Shown one piece after another: positions 1-12,205 of a DNA stretch of 64,000 bases. Numbering within the stretch: the first letter of the stretch is position 1; the number at the start of each line of letters is the position of its first letter. The DNA comes from Lama guanicoe (Eukaryota): assembly GCA_013239625.1 (NCBI GenBank), contig MU053379.1, positions 4,173,229-4,237,228 of the forward strand, read 5' to 3'. The notes below the pieces were generated by a model. That model was not told where the DNA came from. It made no database searches and worked only from the letters and a program-made list of their open reading frames with translations. The translations under genes and the position numbers were made by a program.

Positions 1-59
1 TATTTGCAGAGCTCTCAGTGGTGCCGAGAATGACTCTGCAAACTAGACCCTTAATTCTC

Positions 60-830
60 AGAGCCCCTGGCGCTCCATGCCGCAGCGGAGCATCACCTCC
101 ACCCGACCGACCCAGACAGCAGGACTCCCGGGGTTGCTGACCGCTCCCGACACGCAGCCGCCGCGGCGCGGGCCTTGGGGCCGCAGGACAGCTGGACGGC
201 CCGGCCCCACGAGAACGCGCCCCGCGGCCCTGGCCCAGCTTCTCCCGCAGTCGGTGCACACGTGCCGGCGCCCCGCGGTGCGGGCTGGCGGACTCCCGGG
301 AGTGGGGCCGAGAACTCGACTGTGTTTCAGAGAGCGACGCTCTCTCCAAGAACATGGGAACCTGTACTGGTTGTTTTTCTCGTCTGTTCTGCAGAAGAGA
401 AGCTGCTCTTTGACCAAGCGGGAGGGTGTCCCAGGCAAGGCGCCTGGAGGCGTCTGCAAACCAAAGAGGACTAGCGGGTCACTGGCCACACAGGGGGAGT
501 CACAGCCTCGGCCACTCGCTGGCGGGAGTCCTGGTTTTGCAGGCAGGTGACACCGGCAGGGGACCCTGGGAGGACCTACAGGAAACACCTGCCAGCTGAG
601 GGCCCCCGCCGCTCCCCTCCCCTGGCTGTTCCCTCAGCTGCAGGGATTGGCCGATGGCGAGGCCCCGCAGCCTTGCCCGTGCTCAGCGCGGGGGCTCGGC
701 GCAGTGCTGACTCCTCGGACGGGCGCCTCGCGCAGCTGCCTTGCCCACGTGGCCCCTTGTCCTCACTAGGAACGTGGGCGGTGTGTGTGGGGACGAGAGA
801 CGGCCGAGCTTCCCGGGCGCACCTGCCTCA
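60..830. promoter_or_regulatory. CpG-rich segment (weak CpG island)
   Basis: Dense CG dinucleotides at 70-340 and 600-830 (e.g. ccgcggcgcg, cgcgccccgcgg). No TSS or exon recognised. Confidence 0.35.
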
Positions 831-3447
831 GATGGTGTTTACAGACCTCCTGGTCCCCGACCTCTCTGGGCACCAGGAGCCCTCTGTGTGCTCAGCAGAC
901 GTTTTGCCAAAGCTGTTTTCACAGAGAAAGCTTTTTTCTTTCCTTTTTTTCTGTGTCAAGGACCCCACACAGCTGTCTAGTGAGCTGCTTGCCGCTACGA
1001 ACCCGTTTCCTCCGCAAACAAGAGCCTGCAACTCTCACTGCCCCGGACCTGATCCCCCCGCCAGTGCCCTTCCCTGGCCTCGTCACTTGCGGAACGTGTC
1101 CCCGGGACGCTCCCAGAGCACGTTTCTCCCGGTACGGGGGCTCTGCCTTCCCCTCCACACAGTGATCCTGGAGCCTGAAAGAGTCATCTCGGCCTTCAAA
1201 GAAAACCAAGAAGAATTCTAGGAAACGTGACTCACCTCCGTGTAACCTCTCTCTCCCACCCTGTATTGGTCTTTTCTACCCGCAGGCCCTCTGCCCACCT
1301 CTGAGACCTGTGTGCAAATGTTTCCTCTGTGACCAGAGAGGTCGGCGATGCACAAGGGCACGGGGTACCGAGAGAGGGACTTCGTCAGGGAAGAGGTCGG
1401 GAAGGACACAGAGACGATGCTGACAGACCCAAGCCCACAGCGCCTCCTACGCCAACCTCAGGAGGGCCGCCGTTCCCCTCCTGCGCCATGGACAAGCCTT
1501 CCCGCCGCCCCCGGGAGCCCTGCTCCCTCTCTCCTGCACGAGGCATCGCACTCACCCTGGGCCCTGACTCCCCTCTTGGGGGCAGTCAGCCCAGGAGGCT
1601 GGGCTGTAGGTTGGGCTGGACATCGTACTCAGCCCAGGGGAGCTTTCTTCTGCTTTCATGGACGCTGTCATTGGCCTATTTGCAAAGAGCGGTATCAGAA
1701 AACTATGGACAAGATGACAGGGCTCCATTCTCAAGCCTGGAAAGCCGCCTTCCAGCCCCGCTCCACAAGCGGGGTGAGTGTGGCTGCTTTGGGATAAAGT
1801 GGACAGAGCGTGACTGTCGCTGCCGCCCTTTGACCTGGTGAAATGGACAGGATGCTGGACTTGGAAGGAAGGCACCTGGTCTGAGCTCCAGCTCTGCCAG
1901 TGGCCAGTGTCTTGGGGAGGTCACTGACCTCTTCTCTTCACTCAAAAAGAACAGGCATAACCACGCCAGCGCCGCCCACGCCGCCCACGCGTCTTAGCCA
2001 GTCTTCCCAACAAGCTGGGAGGGCGGAGTCTGGGCCCAGATGCGGAAGCCAGGTCACCCGTGGGGCAGCGGGACACTGGGGTCCGCCGTTCCCCGGGGGC
2101 CCTGCTGTAGCCACGCCAGGGAAACGAGGACCCACCTGAGGTGGGCTCAGGGCTGTCGCCCTCAACGTGCTCCACCCGTCGGAGGAGGAGGCACACTCGG
2201 GGCCTGGGCTTTGAGCTCTCTCAGACCCAGCCTCCTTCTGGCTCCGTCCCGCCTTGTTGCCCCTCCAGCTCAGCCCCTCCACACATCCGCCTCTTCCGCC
2301 GGCTCCTCTCGGCTACGGGGCCGCCCCCCTAGGCTCTGGGCCCGAGGCAAGTGCCTCCTCGGCTCTGCGGGGGCTCGCGCCGTGTCCCCTGGGTTCTCCC
2401 AGGAATTACATTCTCCAGACTCCTCTCCTGTGTTGCTCTGGGTTGGAGTCGCCCAGAGAGGAATCTGCACAAGGTTTGAGCGGCAGAAGCAAAGCGGTGG
2501 CCATTAGGGGCCGGATGCACCGACCCGGCAACGGACGGGGCGGGAGGACCTGGTGGGGCTCGGCTTGCCCTTGTTCTCTGGCTCCATGTCCAGCTCATCG
2601 TCCAGATGCTCAGGAACCCCCTCCCCTGCACACCTGCTGCACACTGCACGCTGGTTCCCATCCGTGCAACATCCCTGAGGTGGTCTCCCCTCTGCCCTCC
2701 CAGGACCATGAAACAGGAAGAGTAAAGAACATCACAAGACACCATGGGGGCAAAAGAGAATTTATTCTGCACCGTTTTAATAACAGAAAGCTTCATCTTG
2801 GGTTTTCCATCACTCCATTTTTCAAGATGCAGGAGTCCCTTCACGAGACCAGCAGAGACCCGTCTTACCACCTTCCTTTCTGAAACCTTTGGGGCGTCCA
2901 TCAGGACAAAACAGAACTGAGGGCGAGAGCCGGAAGTCAGGAACTTTCCCAGCAGAGAGTCACGATTTCCGACACCCGTGAGGCTCTCCAGAAACGTCCG
3001 GTGATGCTGCAAAATTCTAAAGCGACAATTAACGAAAGTCACTCTAGATGCAAAGGGCTGGGGAAGGAGTGGCCGGCTGGGATGAAGAAACAGGAGCTGC
3101 AGAACCAGATGATGCAGAGGATGCCTCCCCAGGGAGGCCGGGAGGCCGGGAGGCAGTTATGAGGGGAGACAGTGTGGACCCTCGGGAAGTGCTGCTGGAA
3201 GGCACGCCAGGGTCTGTGTGGCCCTACCTGAGGTGGCTGTGAAGAGTGCCAGGTGACAGGTGGGCTCCAGCCCCCCTGGGCGACCCTGCCGAGGGGCCTG
3301 GAGGAGCAGGGATCGGCAAACAGGAAGGAATTAAAATGCCTACCAGCCCTGGAGATAAGCCTTTTATAGGGGCAGGCTGAGCAAGATTTTTTTTTAGAGT
3401 TTGCCCCAGAAGAACAAAGAAGTCATTCTATTCCTTTGTTACGCGGT

Positions 3448-3473
3448 GGGGTGGGGTGGGGGTGGGGTGGGGG
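3448..3473 (+). repeat. (GGGGT)n G-tract repeat, potential G-quadruplex
   Basis: Five G4-G5 tracts separated by single T. Confidence 0.8.
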
Positions 3474-4882
3474 CAGAGGGAGTAAACTCTCTCTACTCCA
3501 AGCTTTCAGGAAACCAAGGCAGCCTTTGGAATTCCCATTTTGAATTTAACAGCCAACTTCTGTATCTGAGTGGTGTGACAGCTGGGGCGACCCAGGAACC
3601 CCAAGTGGTGGATGGGGCTGAGCCACAAGCCCCCTGGCAGGGACAGGGTGACTGATGCTGACAGCAGAGGCCCAAACAGGGCTCAGCACCGGGAAGGGGG
3701 CCCCAGGCCCGGGGATGGCACAGCCGGGGCGCCGAAGGGAAGACGGCACTTTGAGGAAACAGCGTTCGCTTTGCTCAGCACATCCAGGAGAGAGGAGGGA
3801 CACGAGATGGATTTAGGAGGCAGGGGCCACGTGGTGAGGGACTCACGGGCCGTGCTACGGAAGGCAGTCTTGCTCCCAAGGGCACCGGCTCCACCCAGGG
3901 ACGCCAGCCCCGGCATCCTTCATGCGGTCGGGCCTGTCTTGGGCCAGGTTTGCTCAGAAGTCATACCGCAGCTGTCTCATCCCCAAGCTGTAAAGTCCTA
4001 AATTGTACCTGAACATCTCAAGGCTCAAAATACCACTCCTTTTCGGAATTAGCTTGGAGGCAGAGGTCCAGTCCTCAGCCGTTTCTGGAGCAGAGTGGAC
4101 AGGGTCGGGCAGAGCCGAGGGGCTGGGAGCCCCGGCCCAGCCACAGAAGGCGACGCTCCGAACCCACTGCCGCACAGGACGCTGGCCTGCACCAGCGCCC
4201 TAGAGCGAGCCAGGGCGCGTCCGAGAATGCAGCTCTGGTGAGGAGGGGGACATCTCAGGGCCTATGACCACACAAGCCCACCGCAGTCTCCTGGAGCTGG
4301 GCCTCCCGACCACTCATCCAGCGCGATGGCAGCTGAGGCCAGGCGGGACCTGCGAGGGCTCCAGACCCGGGGAGCAGGGTGCAGGATGCTCTGGGCACGT
4401 GTGGCCCAGTCCCACCAGCACTGCCTTGCAGGAGCTCCGCAGAAGCACCATCGCCACACGCCATATGCCCTGCCTGTCAGAGCCAAACACCCTCCAGGCC
4501 ACTGTTCCGGGCTTCCAGGGCCCCGGCCGTCCACGGGGCGGCACTGCACCATGGGCGTGGGGCCCACCCCTTGCCAGGTGGAGAGTGTGTTCCTGGGGCA
4601 AAGCGGACAGTGCCCTTCGGTCTCAATCGAGAGGAGCCCTTTGTTCCAAGCGCAAGTCTTGTGTCCTGCCTGCCCAGGTAGCAGGGAGGGGAGAGTGAGG
4701 GTCCGGAGGAAGAGGACAGAGAGCCAAGCTGCTTCTGCCCCGGCTTATCGCAGGCGCTGGGCGTCCGCCGTCAGAGTTGGATTAATGGGGCTGCATCACA
4801 CGGTCCCACCTAAAGCAGGATTTTAAAAGTCACTTCTGAAGCCACAGTACAGAGAGAAGCTCTACACAAATAAGTAAAATCT

Positions 4883-5004
4883 GTTTTAGGAGGGTGGGAA
4901 TTAGGTTTACACGTTTCTTCATTTTGTTACTGGCGGCGCTGGAGACGGAACCCCGGACCCCCTGCATGCCAGGCGTGTGCTCTGCCACTGAGCTACGCCC
5001 TCCC
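4883..5004 (-). mobile_element. tRNA-Ala-derived SINE (camelid Vic-1 type)
   Basis: Minus strand reads GGGAGGGCGTAGCTCAGTGGCAGAGC...GGTTCCGTCTCCAGCGCCGCCA (A/B box, tRNA-Ala-like), then an A-rich linker and TAAACCTAATTCCC tail. AAAATCT is repeated at 4876-4882 and 5008-5014 (candidate TSD). Confidence 0.88.
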
Positions 5005-5281
5005 GGCAAAATCTTACAATCAAGTGAAATAATAAAAAATTTTGGAAAGGCTAATTGAGATACCAGCTCTGCATGGCACGCGGACAAGCAGACAGGCCCG
5101 GGCCTTGGCACCACACGGAGCCCCGGGGGGCCGGCACCCCGCAGGCACAGAGCAGTGTCCAGCTGTGCTCTCCACGGTGGGGCGCTGGGCCCGCCAACGG
5201 GTTCCAGGTCCTCACCCCAGCTGCACCCCCCACCCCTCGGCCACCAAAGGCCACCCAAACACATTTTCATCTGGATTTTTT

Positions 5282-5550
5282 AAAAAAGAAGAAGAAAGGA
5301 AAGAAAAGAAGTCGAGAAAGAGGGAAGGATAAAGAAAGAGACAGAGAAAGAAAAAAGAAGAAAGGAAAGAGAAAGAGGGAAAGAAAGAAAAAGAAAGAAA
5401 GAGAGAAAGAGGGGAAGAAAGAGAGAAAGAAAGAAAGAGAGAAAGAAAGAAAGAGAGAAAGAAAAAGAAAGAAAGAAAGAAGGAAAGAAGGAAAGAAACA
5501 AAGAAGGAAAGAAAGAAAGGAAGAGGGAGGGAGGGAGGGAGGAAGGAAGA
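5282..5550 (+). repeat. (GAAA)n/(GGAA)n/(GGGA)n polypurine microsatellite
   Basis: About 270 bp of almost pure A/G. Confidence 0.95.
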
Positions 5551-6409
5551 TGGGCCGTGGGGTCATTTCCTCTCCGAGCAGGAGAGAAGGGAGCTGGGGA
5601 GTAGGAGGGAAACCGGAGGAGTCAGACTGGCGGCAGCGGCAAAGAAAGCCGGGTGTACGAAGGGGCGTTTGGTGACCGTGGAGCCCTGTACCTAAGGTCA
5701 GCTGGTGGCTGCCTGCTTCCTGAAGCTTGGGAGAGGTGGCGGGGGGCTGTGACCATGGCCCAGCCACGTCAGTACACCTGGCCTGTGGGCTGCTCTGTGA
5801 TGGAGGGTCCTGTGGGTCCCCAGTCCTGTAAGTGATGGAGGCTCAAGACCCCTAAGGACTGAAAGGCACTTTGAGAGCGGTAATTCCACGCTGCTGAATT
5901 TGTACAGCCACCAGGCAGGGACATTAAGAACTTCCCTAAGGTGGCAAGGGCAGCTGATGATAAAACAAGACAAGCCCCGGCCCTCCCCTGACCTGCCTTT
6001 CCAGTGCAACCACCGGGGAGGAAGGCCTCGTTGACAAGAAGCCCTCGGTCTATCGACTCAATTTGCCTGCAGGCTGGAGTGCTGGGAACGTCTGTCAAAC
6101 AAGCAGAGCTGCGCGCGGCCCCGTGGAACAGCTCCGCGTCTGAGAGGCGGGGTCTTCCCCGCTGTCGCTGGCGGCCGCCCAGGCGGGCTCTGGGTGCCAC
6201 TGGCCACCTGCCTCTCAGCTTTTGCTCTGCTCCTGTTTACCTGTTCTGTCAAGAAGCGGGCAGTGTGTCCGTGCCTCTCGGGGCATTAATAAAGACGAGA
6301 GGGGTCGTGGCACCCAAACAGAGTTTTCAGACCCTCACGGTCTCCCTGGCTGCGGGGCTGCGCGCAGACACACAGACCCACTGATGCGGGAACTATGATC
6401 TCCGTCCGG

Positions 6410-6585
6410 CCGTTGTCATTGTAATGCCTATTCAGCGGCCCCTTTGTAAGTTCCTGGAGGGCAGGGACCGTGTCTTGGGCTGCTTTTCATGAATTCATGC
6501 CTTTCTGCTCCCATTCACTGATCCTACAAACGTTTATTGAGTCCAGCCCTCACTGCGCCTGCAACAGTGCTGGGGACATCACGTC
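6410..6585. mobile_element. LINE-2 3'-end fragments in opposite orientations
   Basis: tgtaagttcctggagggcagggaccgtgtcttg (L2 3' end, +) followed by cattcact...aaacgtttattgag...cagtgctggggac (L2 terminus, -). Confidence 0.6.
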
Positions 6586-7518
6586 CTGGGTGTCCTCAGC
6601 AGTGCGGCCTTGCCCTGGCGGCCAGCCCCCCTCCCGTCCAGCCTTCCAGGAAAGGAGCCCCAGACAAGTCCCAGGTGGCACCGTATCCAGCAGCCGCGCG
6701 GCCTCGAGGCAACAGGCGGCGTCCTCTCCCGTCGACACCTTCGCTCCCCAGCCTACCCGTATGTCCTTTATGATGAAAACAGCAATCTAATGAAGTCGAG
6801 TTTTCCAGCCTAAAATTCTACTTTTCTCATCCTTGGCTGCTGGCTTGAATCAACTTGGGGATGTTAAAATAGGGGTGCTGGGTCCCACGCACAGGGGTGT
6901 GACCTCCCACCTGGGCCCTGGGGGGGTCTTCACAGCTTCCAGGTGACTGGACCGCGTGGCCAAGTTGAGAAGGCCAGGACGGAGGAAGGAAAGCCTCAGG
7001 GGCTGCTCGCAGATTCCTTTCTCTGTGCACCTGCCTGGGTATCTGAGGCCCCCAGATCCTGACTCCCCCTGTCCTGAACCCATGCCTCCCCGCTACTCTG
7101 TGTACCCAAGAGCTCCATGCCTTCCTGCCTGCCCTTGAGTCGGGGTGTCCCTCTCTTCCTAGGACTCAGAACACACTCTTGTGACCACCGGGCCAGGTGG
7201 GGCTCAGGACTCTGGTCCAGCAATGGGTCGTCTGCCTCTCACTGTGCTGTTTCTTCTGACCTCCAGCCCCTGGACTCCAGGAACCTACCCTCACTGTCAG
7301 GAACACGCCCGCCCTGCTGCTGGTGGCAATGATGTCCTTCAGGAAGGGGGACCCTGTGGAGGCATCAGCACCTGCAGCCATACGGGGGCTTCGGGAGATG
7401 CCAGGGTGCCTGTGGCAGGTCCCCCAGGTGCTTCCTGACAAACACCAGAGGGTGCACAGCCACCTCCATGTCCTTGATGTTCATCCCGAAGGTCTTGAGG
7501 ATGAAGAAGACTCCTGGA

Positions 7519-7830
7519 GTGTGCAAATCACAGCCACGGTGAGATACCACCTCACACTCACTTCCAGGGCCAAGATTTGTTTAGGAAAAGGAATGTAAGT
7601 GTTGGCACTCTAGTACGTGTCTGGTGGGAGGGTTCAATGCTGCGCCCACTGTGGAGGGCAGTTCCTTAAAATAGTCACGTAGAGTTGCCCTGTGATTCAT
7701 CAATTTCACCGCACAGCGTAGAGCCAAGGCTCCGAAAGCAGGAACCTGGGTACACGCACACGTGTCCCAGCGGCGTCACTGCAGCCAAAAGGTGGCAACG
7801 GCCGGGATGTCAGGTGAATGGGTACATTCA
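7519..7830 (+). mobile_element. Old L1M ORF2 3' fragment
   Basis: gtgagataccacctcacac, tggtggga...cactgtggag...cagttccttaaaa, gagttgccctgtgattc and agccaaaaggtgg are degenerate L1 ORF2 3' motifs in the expected order. Confidence 0.75.
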
Positions 7831-7839
7831 TGAATGAAT

Positions 7840-8105
7840 TACATATACACACTCACATTTGTATTAATTGTATTAATTATATATTGTAGAATTAATTGTG
7901 TTAATAGTTATGTATTATTTAAATATATATTGTCTATTAATTATATAGTATATAATTAATTGTACTAATATTTATATTATATAAATATATTACTGTGTGT
8001 TATTGATTACATATTACATAATGAATTGTATTAATAATTATATATTATATAAATATATTATTATTTAATAAGCAATACATATGTTGTAATAAAACGTATT
8101 AAAAC
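7840..8105. repeat. AT-rich low-complexity block with a degenerate ~65-bp unit
   Basis: Units beginning aat(t/g)aattgt at 7890, 7954 and 8020, each followed by tattat(a/t)taaatat. Confidence 0.85.
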
Positions 8106-10059
8106 AACAGGTGTTCAGTGTTAGAGTAACCTTACAAAACACATAACGTAATCTAAATTGAAACTGAAGGATAAGATTAAAAATGTGAAGGAATTCCTCC
8201 CCTGATCGCGGGAAAACACCCACAGCTGTGCCCTTTGCTGTGAAATTCCAGGAGTTCAAGTCTGAAGAGGTGCTGCTCTCCTTCCTGGCTTCTGCGGACA
8301 TTTAGGCTGAAGGATGAAGCTTGTTATGTGGTGTTTTTAAGGTGCCTATTTTCTTTTCCAAATTTCCTCTGGAAAGACGGCGCGAGTGATTGAACTCCTT
8401 CCATCAGGTCCGCCTGCCCTGACGACAGACGGGTGCCGGGACGTGCTGTGAGGATGAGGCCATGAGGCTGGCCCGCCCCCCGGAGGCTCTGGTGCCAGGA
8501 CCCGGGCGTGGACACGTGTATTTGAGGGTCTCCAAACACAGAGCTGTCTTCCACTTTATACTCTGTGCAGTGGGAGCCCTCCAGGCGTCTAACCAGCTGT
8601 TTGCCTCTGGTTAGTCAAATCCAGTCCCTTGGAAGGATAAGACACGAGTCCTGAGAGTTCCAGTGAGAGCCAGAGATCACACAGCTGGGCGGCGCCGGCC
8701 TCGGGCGGGAAGGCGGGTTTCAAGGACAGCTTTGCGGGAGCTGACTCCCGAGGCTGCAGGCCTGCCTGGGGCGAGCCTAATGCAGCGACACTGCGATGTC
8801 TGGAAAGCAAAGATGGGGACGTCTCACTTCGGAGCAGAGCAAGGCAGAACAGGAGAAGGCAACTTGAAAAGAGGATTCTGCTTGATGAAGAAGCGTCGTT
8901 TACAAAATGAAGTCCGTGAAGGCGGCGCGTTATTGCCTCACCCCTCCGCTCTGAAGAGGGCAAACTGCCAAGGAAGTTTCTAGGCTGAGTTATGTGAAGA
9001 TGCCAAGGTCTGGCTGTTTTCGGCCTGGGAGAACACCAAGTGCAAACGATCCAGCCTCGCTCTGGGACACGGCCAGTAAACCCCTGCACGTGTGACGTCA
9101 AAGGAGAAAAATCTTCCCCTGACGTATTAAAAATATGCCTGAGTGGGGGCAGCTCTGACTGAAAGACAAGTCACCAGGAACGAAAATTAAACTGGCAATT
9201 AGCCACGTGTGAGTGCACGTCAGAGTCCCCCGAAAGGAAGGAAAATTGGAAAAATCAGATCAGCAAGGAAGCCTTTGAGACACACGGTGATGTTCAAAAT
9301 AATGCACGAAGGATACAAAATCCTCACGCCCCTTTTGAAAGTTCTCGGGCGGCGGCCACGACCCGTCCCTGAGAGCCGAAGCCAAGCCAAGGCCGGGGGG
9401 CTGCGGGCCCCGCGTGCAGGCAGCCGAGATACTGGCCGGACAAGGCCAGGGTTCCCACAAAGGCTCCTGTTCAGCAGAACAGGTACAAGACAGATGGCTC
9501 GTTAAACATTGCCAGCATACTTGAGCGGTGCCATTCCGCGGTCAGAGCCTGGATAATGGTCACAGGGACATTGTGTGGCCGCGAGCTGGCTAATCTCAAC
9601 CCCGGCCAAAGCTGCTGCTTATCTCTGTTGGTTTTGCGGAGACTGAGGCCGCTGCTCTGCTCTGAAGGCGCCCCAGCTGCCCGGCGAAGCATTCCTGAAG
9701 TTGTGCCTGAATCCCCGCCGTAGGGAGGGCCGGGCAGGACTTGGCTCAGCAGGGACTTGCTCGGCTCGTCCTTGGAGTCGCTTCTGCCCCTTCGATCGGG
9801 GCCACACTCTGCTGGGACGTGCGGGCAGGACAGTCCGGAGCCACGGTGGTCTTTGCCGTCTCCCCCGGGGGCTTCAAAGCGCATCGGCTGTAGAGTGAGA
9901 TTTCCCATCAGGACAGATTCATCTGCTATTTCTGTGGATGAGGGTGAACCCTGCCGTAAATGCCACCCAGTGCATCGTGGGAGGCGGTGGTTCCAATTAA
10001 ACGTGTTTGCTTTCAGAAGGGGGGCCCTTGGCTCCTGATCTTTATGTACAAAAGAAAAC

Positions 10060-10335
10060 AGCACTGGGCCTGGCCCCTGCCGCCCACGGGAGCAGCCCTG
10101 GCCGCTCAGCCGGCCGGGCTCGACCGGCGCTCCCGCCCGCCGCCCGCCGCCCGCCACCAAAGGCGCGGGGTGGGGGCCGCGCGGGGGCCCGGCGCGCGGA
10201 GGTGCCCAGGGCCCGGGGCCGCGGCCGGCTGTGGGCGTTACCTGGGCCTGATCGACGGGGCGCTTCGGGCAGCTGCAGCGCCTCCCCCTTCTCTGGCAGG
10301 CAGCGCAGGGCCGCCCCTTCGCTGAACCTGCGCTC
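10060..10335. promoter_or_regulatory. Small CpG island with GC boxes
   Basis: Extremely GC/CpG-rich; ccgcccgccgcccgccgcccgcc at ~10134-10156. Strong + strand splice donor CAG|GTAAGC at 10401/10402. Confidence 0.65.
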
Positions 10336-10851
10336 TGCTTGGCTGAGTGGCCTCCTCTGCTCAAATTCCCAGCTGTAAAATCAGGGAGCCCTGCCCTGCA
10401 GGTAAGCTTTCAAATTAGTCTTTTGGACAAAAGCAAGGAAGAAGCCAAGGAGGTTGCTTCTCCCTGTCTCTCTCTCACACCCTCACACACACACACTCTC
10501 ACACACACGCCCCCGGCCTCAGGGTCTCTCCTTGGCCTCAGGTGTGCTCGGGGAGAGCTAACCAGTAGCCTCTGGTGCGCAGCTCAGCGCTGAGGATGGA
10601 TCCTGAGGAAATGAAAGCCATTTCATTTCTAAAGAACCTTCCATCTAGAAACAGCAGAACGGGAGAAACCAGAGGGAAGTGACCTGCTGAATTCTGTGTC
10701 ACCGAACGACTGGAATTCAAGAGAAACGCACAGGCTGAGGGTCAAGGTCGCCCCAGAATTCTCGTCACCTTGAAAGGGACTTTGTACAGCTCCTCAGGTG
10801 CGAAGGACTGAAATAACAATGACCCCGCGCCCAGGGCGCCACTCCTGATTC

Positions 10852-10955
10852 ATTTTACTTACTTGCTTTTTCTTTTTCAATGGCAGCTCTAGGGATGGAA
10901 CCCAGGACCTCGTGCATGCTAAGCTCGCGCTCTGCCACTGAGCTACACCCTCCCC
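10852..10955 (-). mobile_element. tRNA-Ala-derived SINE (Vic-1 type)
   Basis: Minus strand GGGGAGGGTGTAGCTCAGTGGCAGAGCGCGAGCTTAGCATGCACGAGGTCCTGGGTTCCATCCC plus an A-rich tail. Confidence 0.9.
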
Positions 10956-11199
10956 GGCTTTGTTTTGTCACGTCCCCTCCGCCTCCCGCCCGAGTTCTGG
11001 CTCCCACGCCGCACGCTGGCACAGCCCGTCGCCTCCACCCGCACGTGGGCCAGGGGGACGGCGCCAGCCGTCACAGCGTCCGCTTAGCAGAGGGGTGGCT
11101 TTTCCAATTCGAAGTCAGCTCTCTTTGCTCCCTCTCGTCAGCAGTCACCGTTTGCTCCTGTGACACCGTCCGTATGACCTGGCTTTAAGATGAACTGGT

Positions 11200-11748
11200 G
11201 TATAGAGTTTCATACCCACGTTTGTTCACTCACTTTTCAAAGAACCGGGTTTTACTGGGGATTTGGTGCCGTGTCGCCAATGTCCCTTCTCTCCTTTTTA
11301 TGCTCCTCTTTCCTGTTACTTTGGTTTTATTCTCTTCTTCTCTTTTTTTCCCCAGTGTGTTACACCCTTAGGTCTTTAGTTTCCCACGTGTCTTGTTTAC
11401 TATAATGTATTCAAAATTGCATAAAATTTCAAGTGCAACTTGGGTACTGGACACAGAATTTGACATAGGACGCTTTCATTCTTGGTCATTTTTAAGTATT
11501 TTGTGATGACTTTTTAAATGTTCTCTGAATTGAAATAACTATGCAGTGTACACTATAATCTTTCATGGGCCCATGAGATGCCTGAAGCTCTCTTGTTGTT
11601 GCTAATTTCTTATTTTACTTCGTTACGATCGGAGAGTGAAACCTGTGTATGTTGATAATCGCATATTTATTAAAGCTTCTTTTGCTCTGTGAGAACTAAA
11701 AACGAATATTCTCTGCTTGTGGGTGTATGTTTATGTGCATCTATTAGA
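11200..11748 (-). mobile_element. Old L1M fragment
   Basis: T-rich plus strand with reverse-complement L1 ORF2-like motifs (ctaatttcttatttt...atcggagag, aatattctctgcttgtggg). Confidence 0.5.
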
Positions 11749-11749
11749 C

Positions 11750-12205
11750 CAGCATTATCCGGCGCAAACGCAATGCAAGCCACGTGTATATAACAAAGTA
11801 AAAACACACTAGTGGAATAAATTTTAATTATGTATTTTATTGAACCCAATACACCCAAAACAGGATAATCTCCGCATGTGTGAAAGCATCAGTGTGGCAC
11901 TTCACTTCTGTTTTCCGTATTAAGTATCAGGAGCCTGGGGGAATTTTACACGCGTAATCACTAAATTCACGTCAGATACACTTCACCTGTATCTAGATTT
12001 CAGTTCACAATCCGAAGAGTGGATTCACAAAGCCAAGTAGCTCCAAGTGCAGGGAAAGCGTTCCAGGGCCTGAATCGAGTGTTAGCTTTTTTAGCTGAAA
12101 TTTCTTAACGTTAAATAAGGTTAAAGTTCGGTGCCTCGTTTGTATTAGCCACACTCGCAGCTAGAGAGTCACGCGCAGCTTCGGGGACCAGCAAGACCGC
12201 GCTGG
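11750..12205 (+). mobile_element. hAT-Charlie DNA transposon relic (MER33/Charlie5-like)
   Basis: Starts cagcattatcc...aatgcaagccac; core aattttaattatgtattttattgaacccaatacacccaaaa; ends tagccacac...gaccgcgctg. Matches the MER33 layout as recalled. Confidence 0.72.

Noticed and set aside
1236..1326. Possible 91-nt minus-strand exon (donor GAG|GTGAGT)
   Set aside because: The acceptor is only moderate, and such pairs arise often by chance.
5055..5675. Lys/Arg/Glu-rich 206-aa ORF (and similar ORFs at 50724-51248)
   Set aside because: Translations of GAAA/TTTC microsatellites.
9075..9520. Possible LTR relic (also 27025-27440)
   Set aside because: Only a vague resemblance; I could not identify termini, TSDs or a family.
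10880..10955. Possible tRNA-Ala genes (also at 4931-5004 and 34990-35060)
   Set aside because: Mismatched stems, A-rich tails, a candidate TSD on one copy and nesting within an L1 indicate tRNA-derived SINEs.
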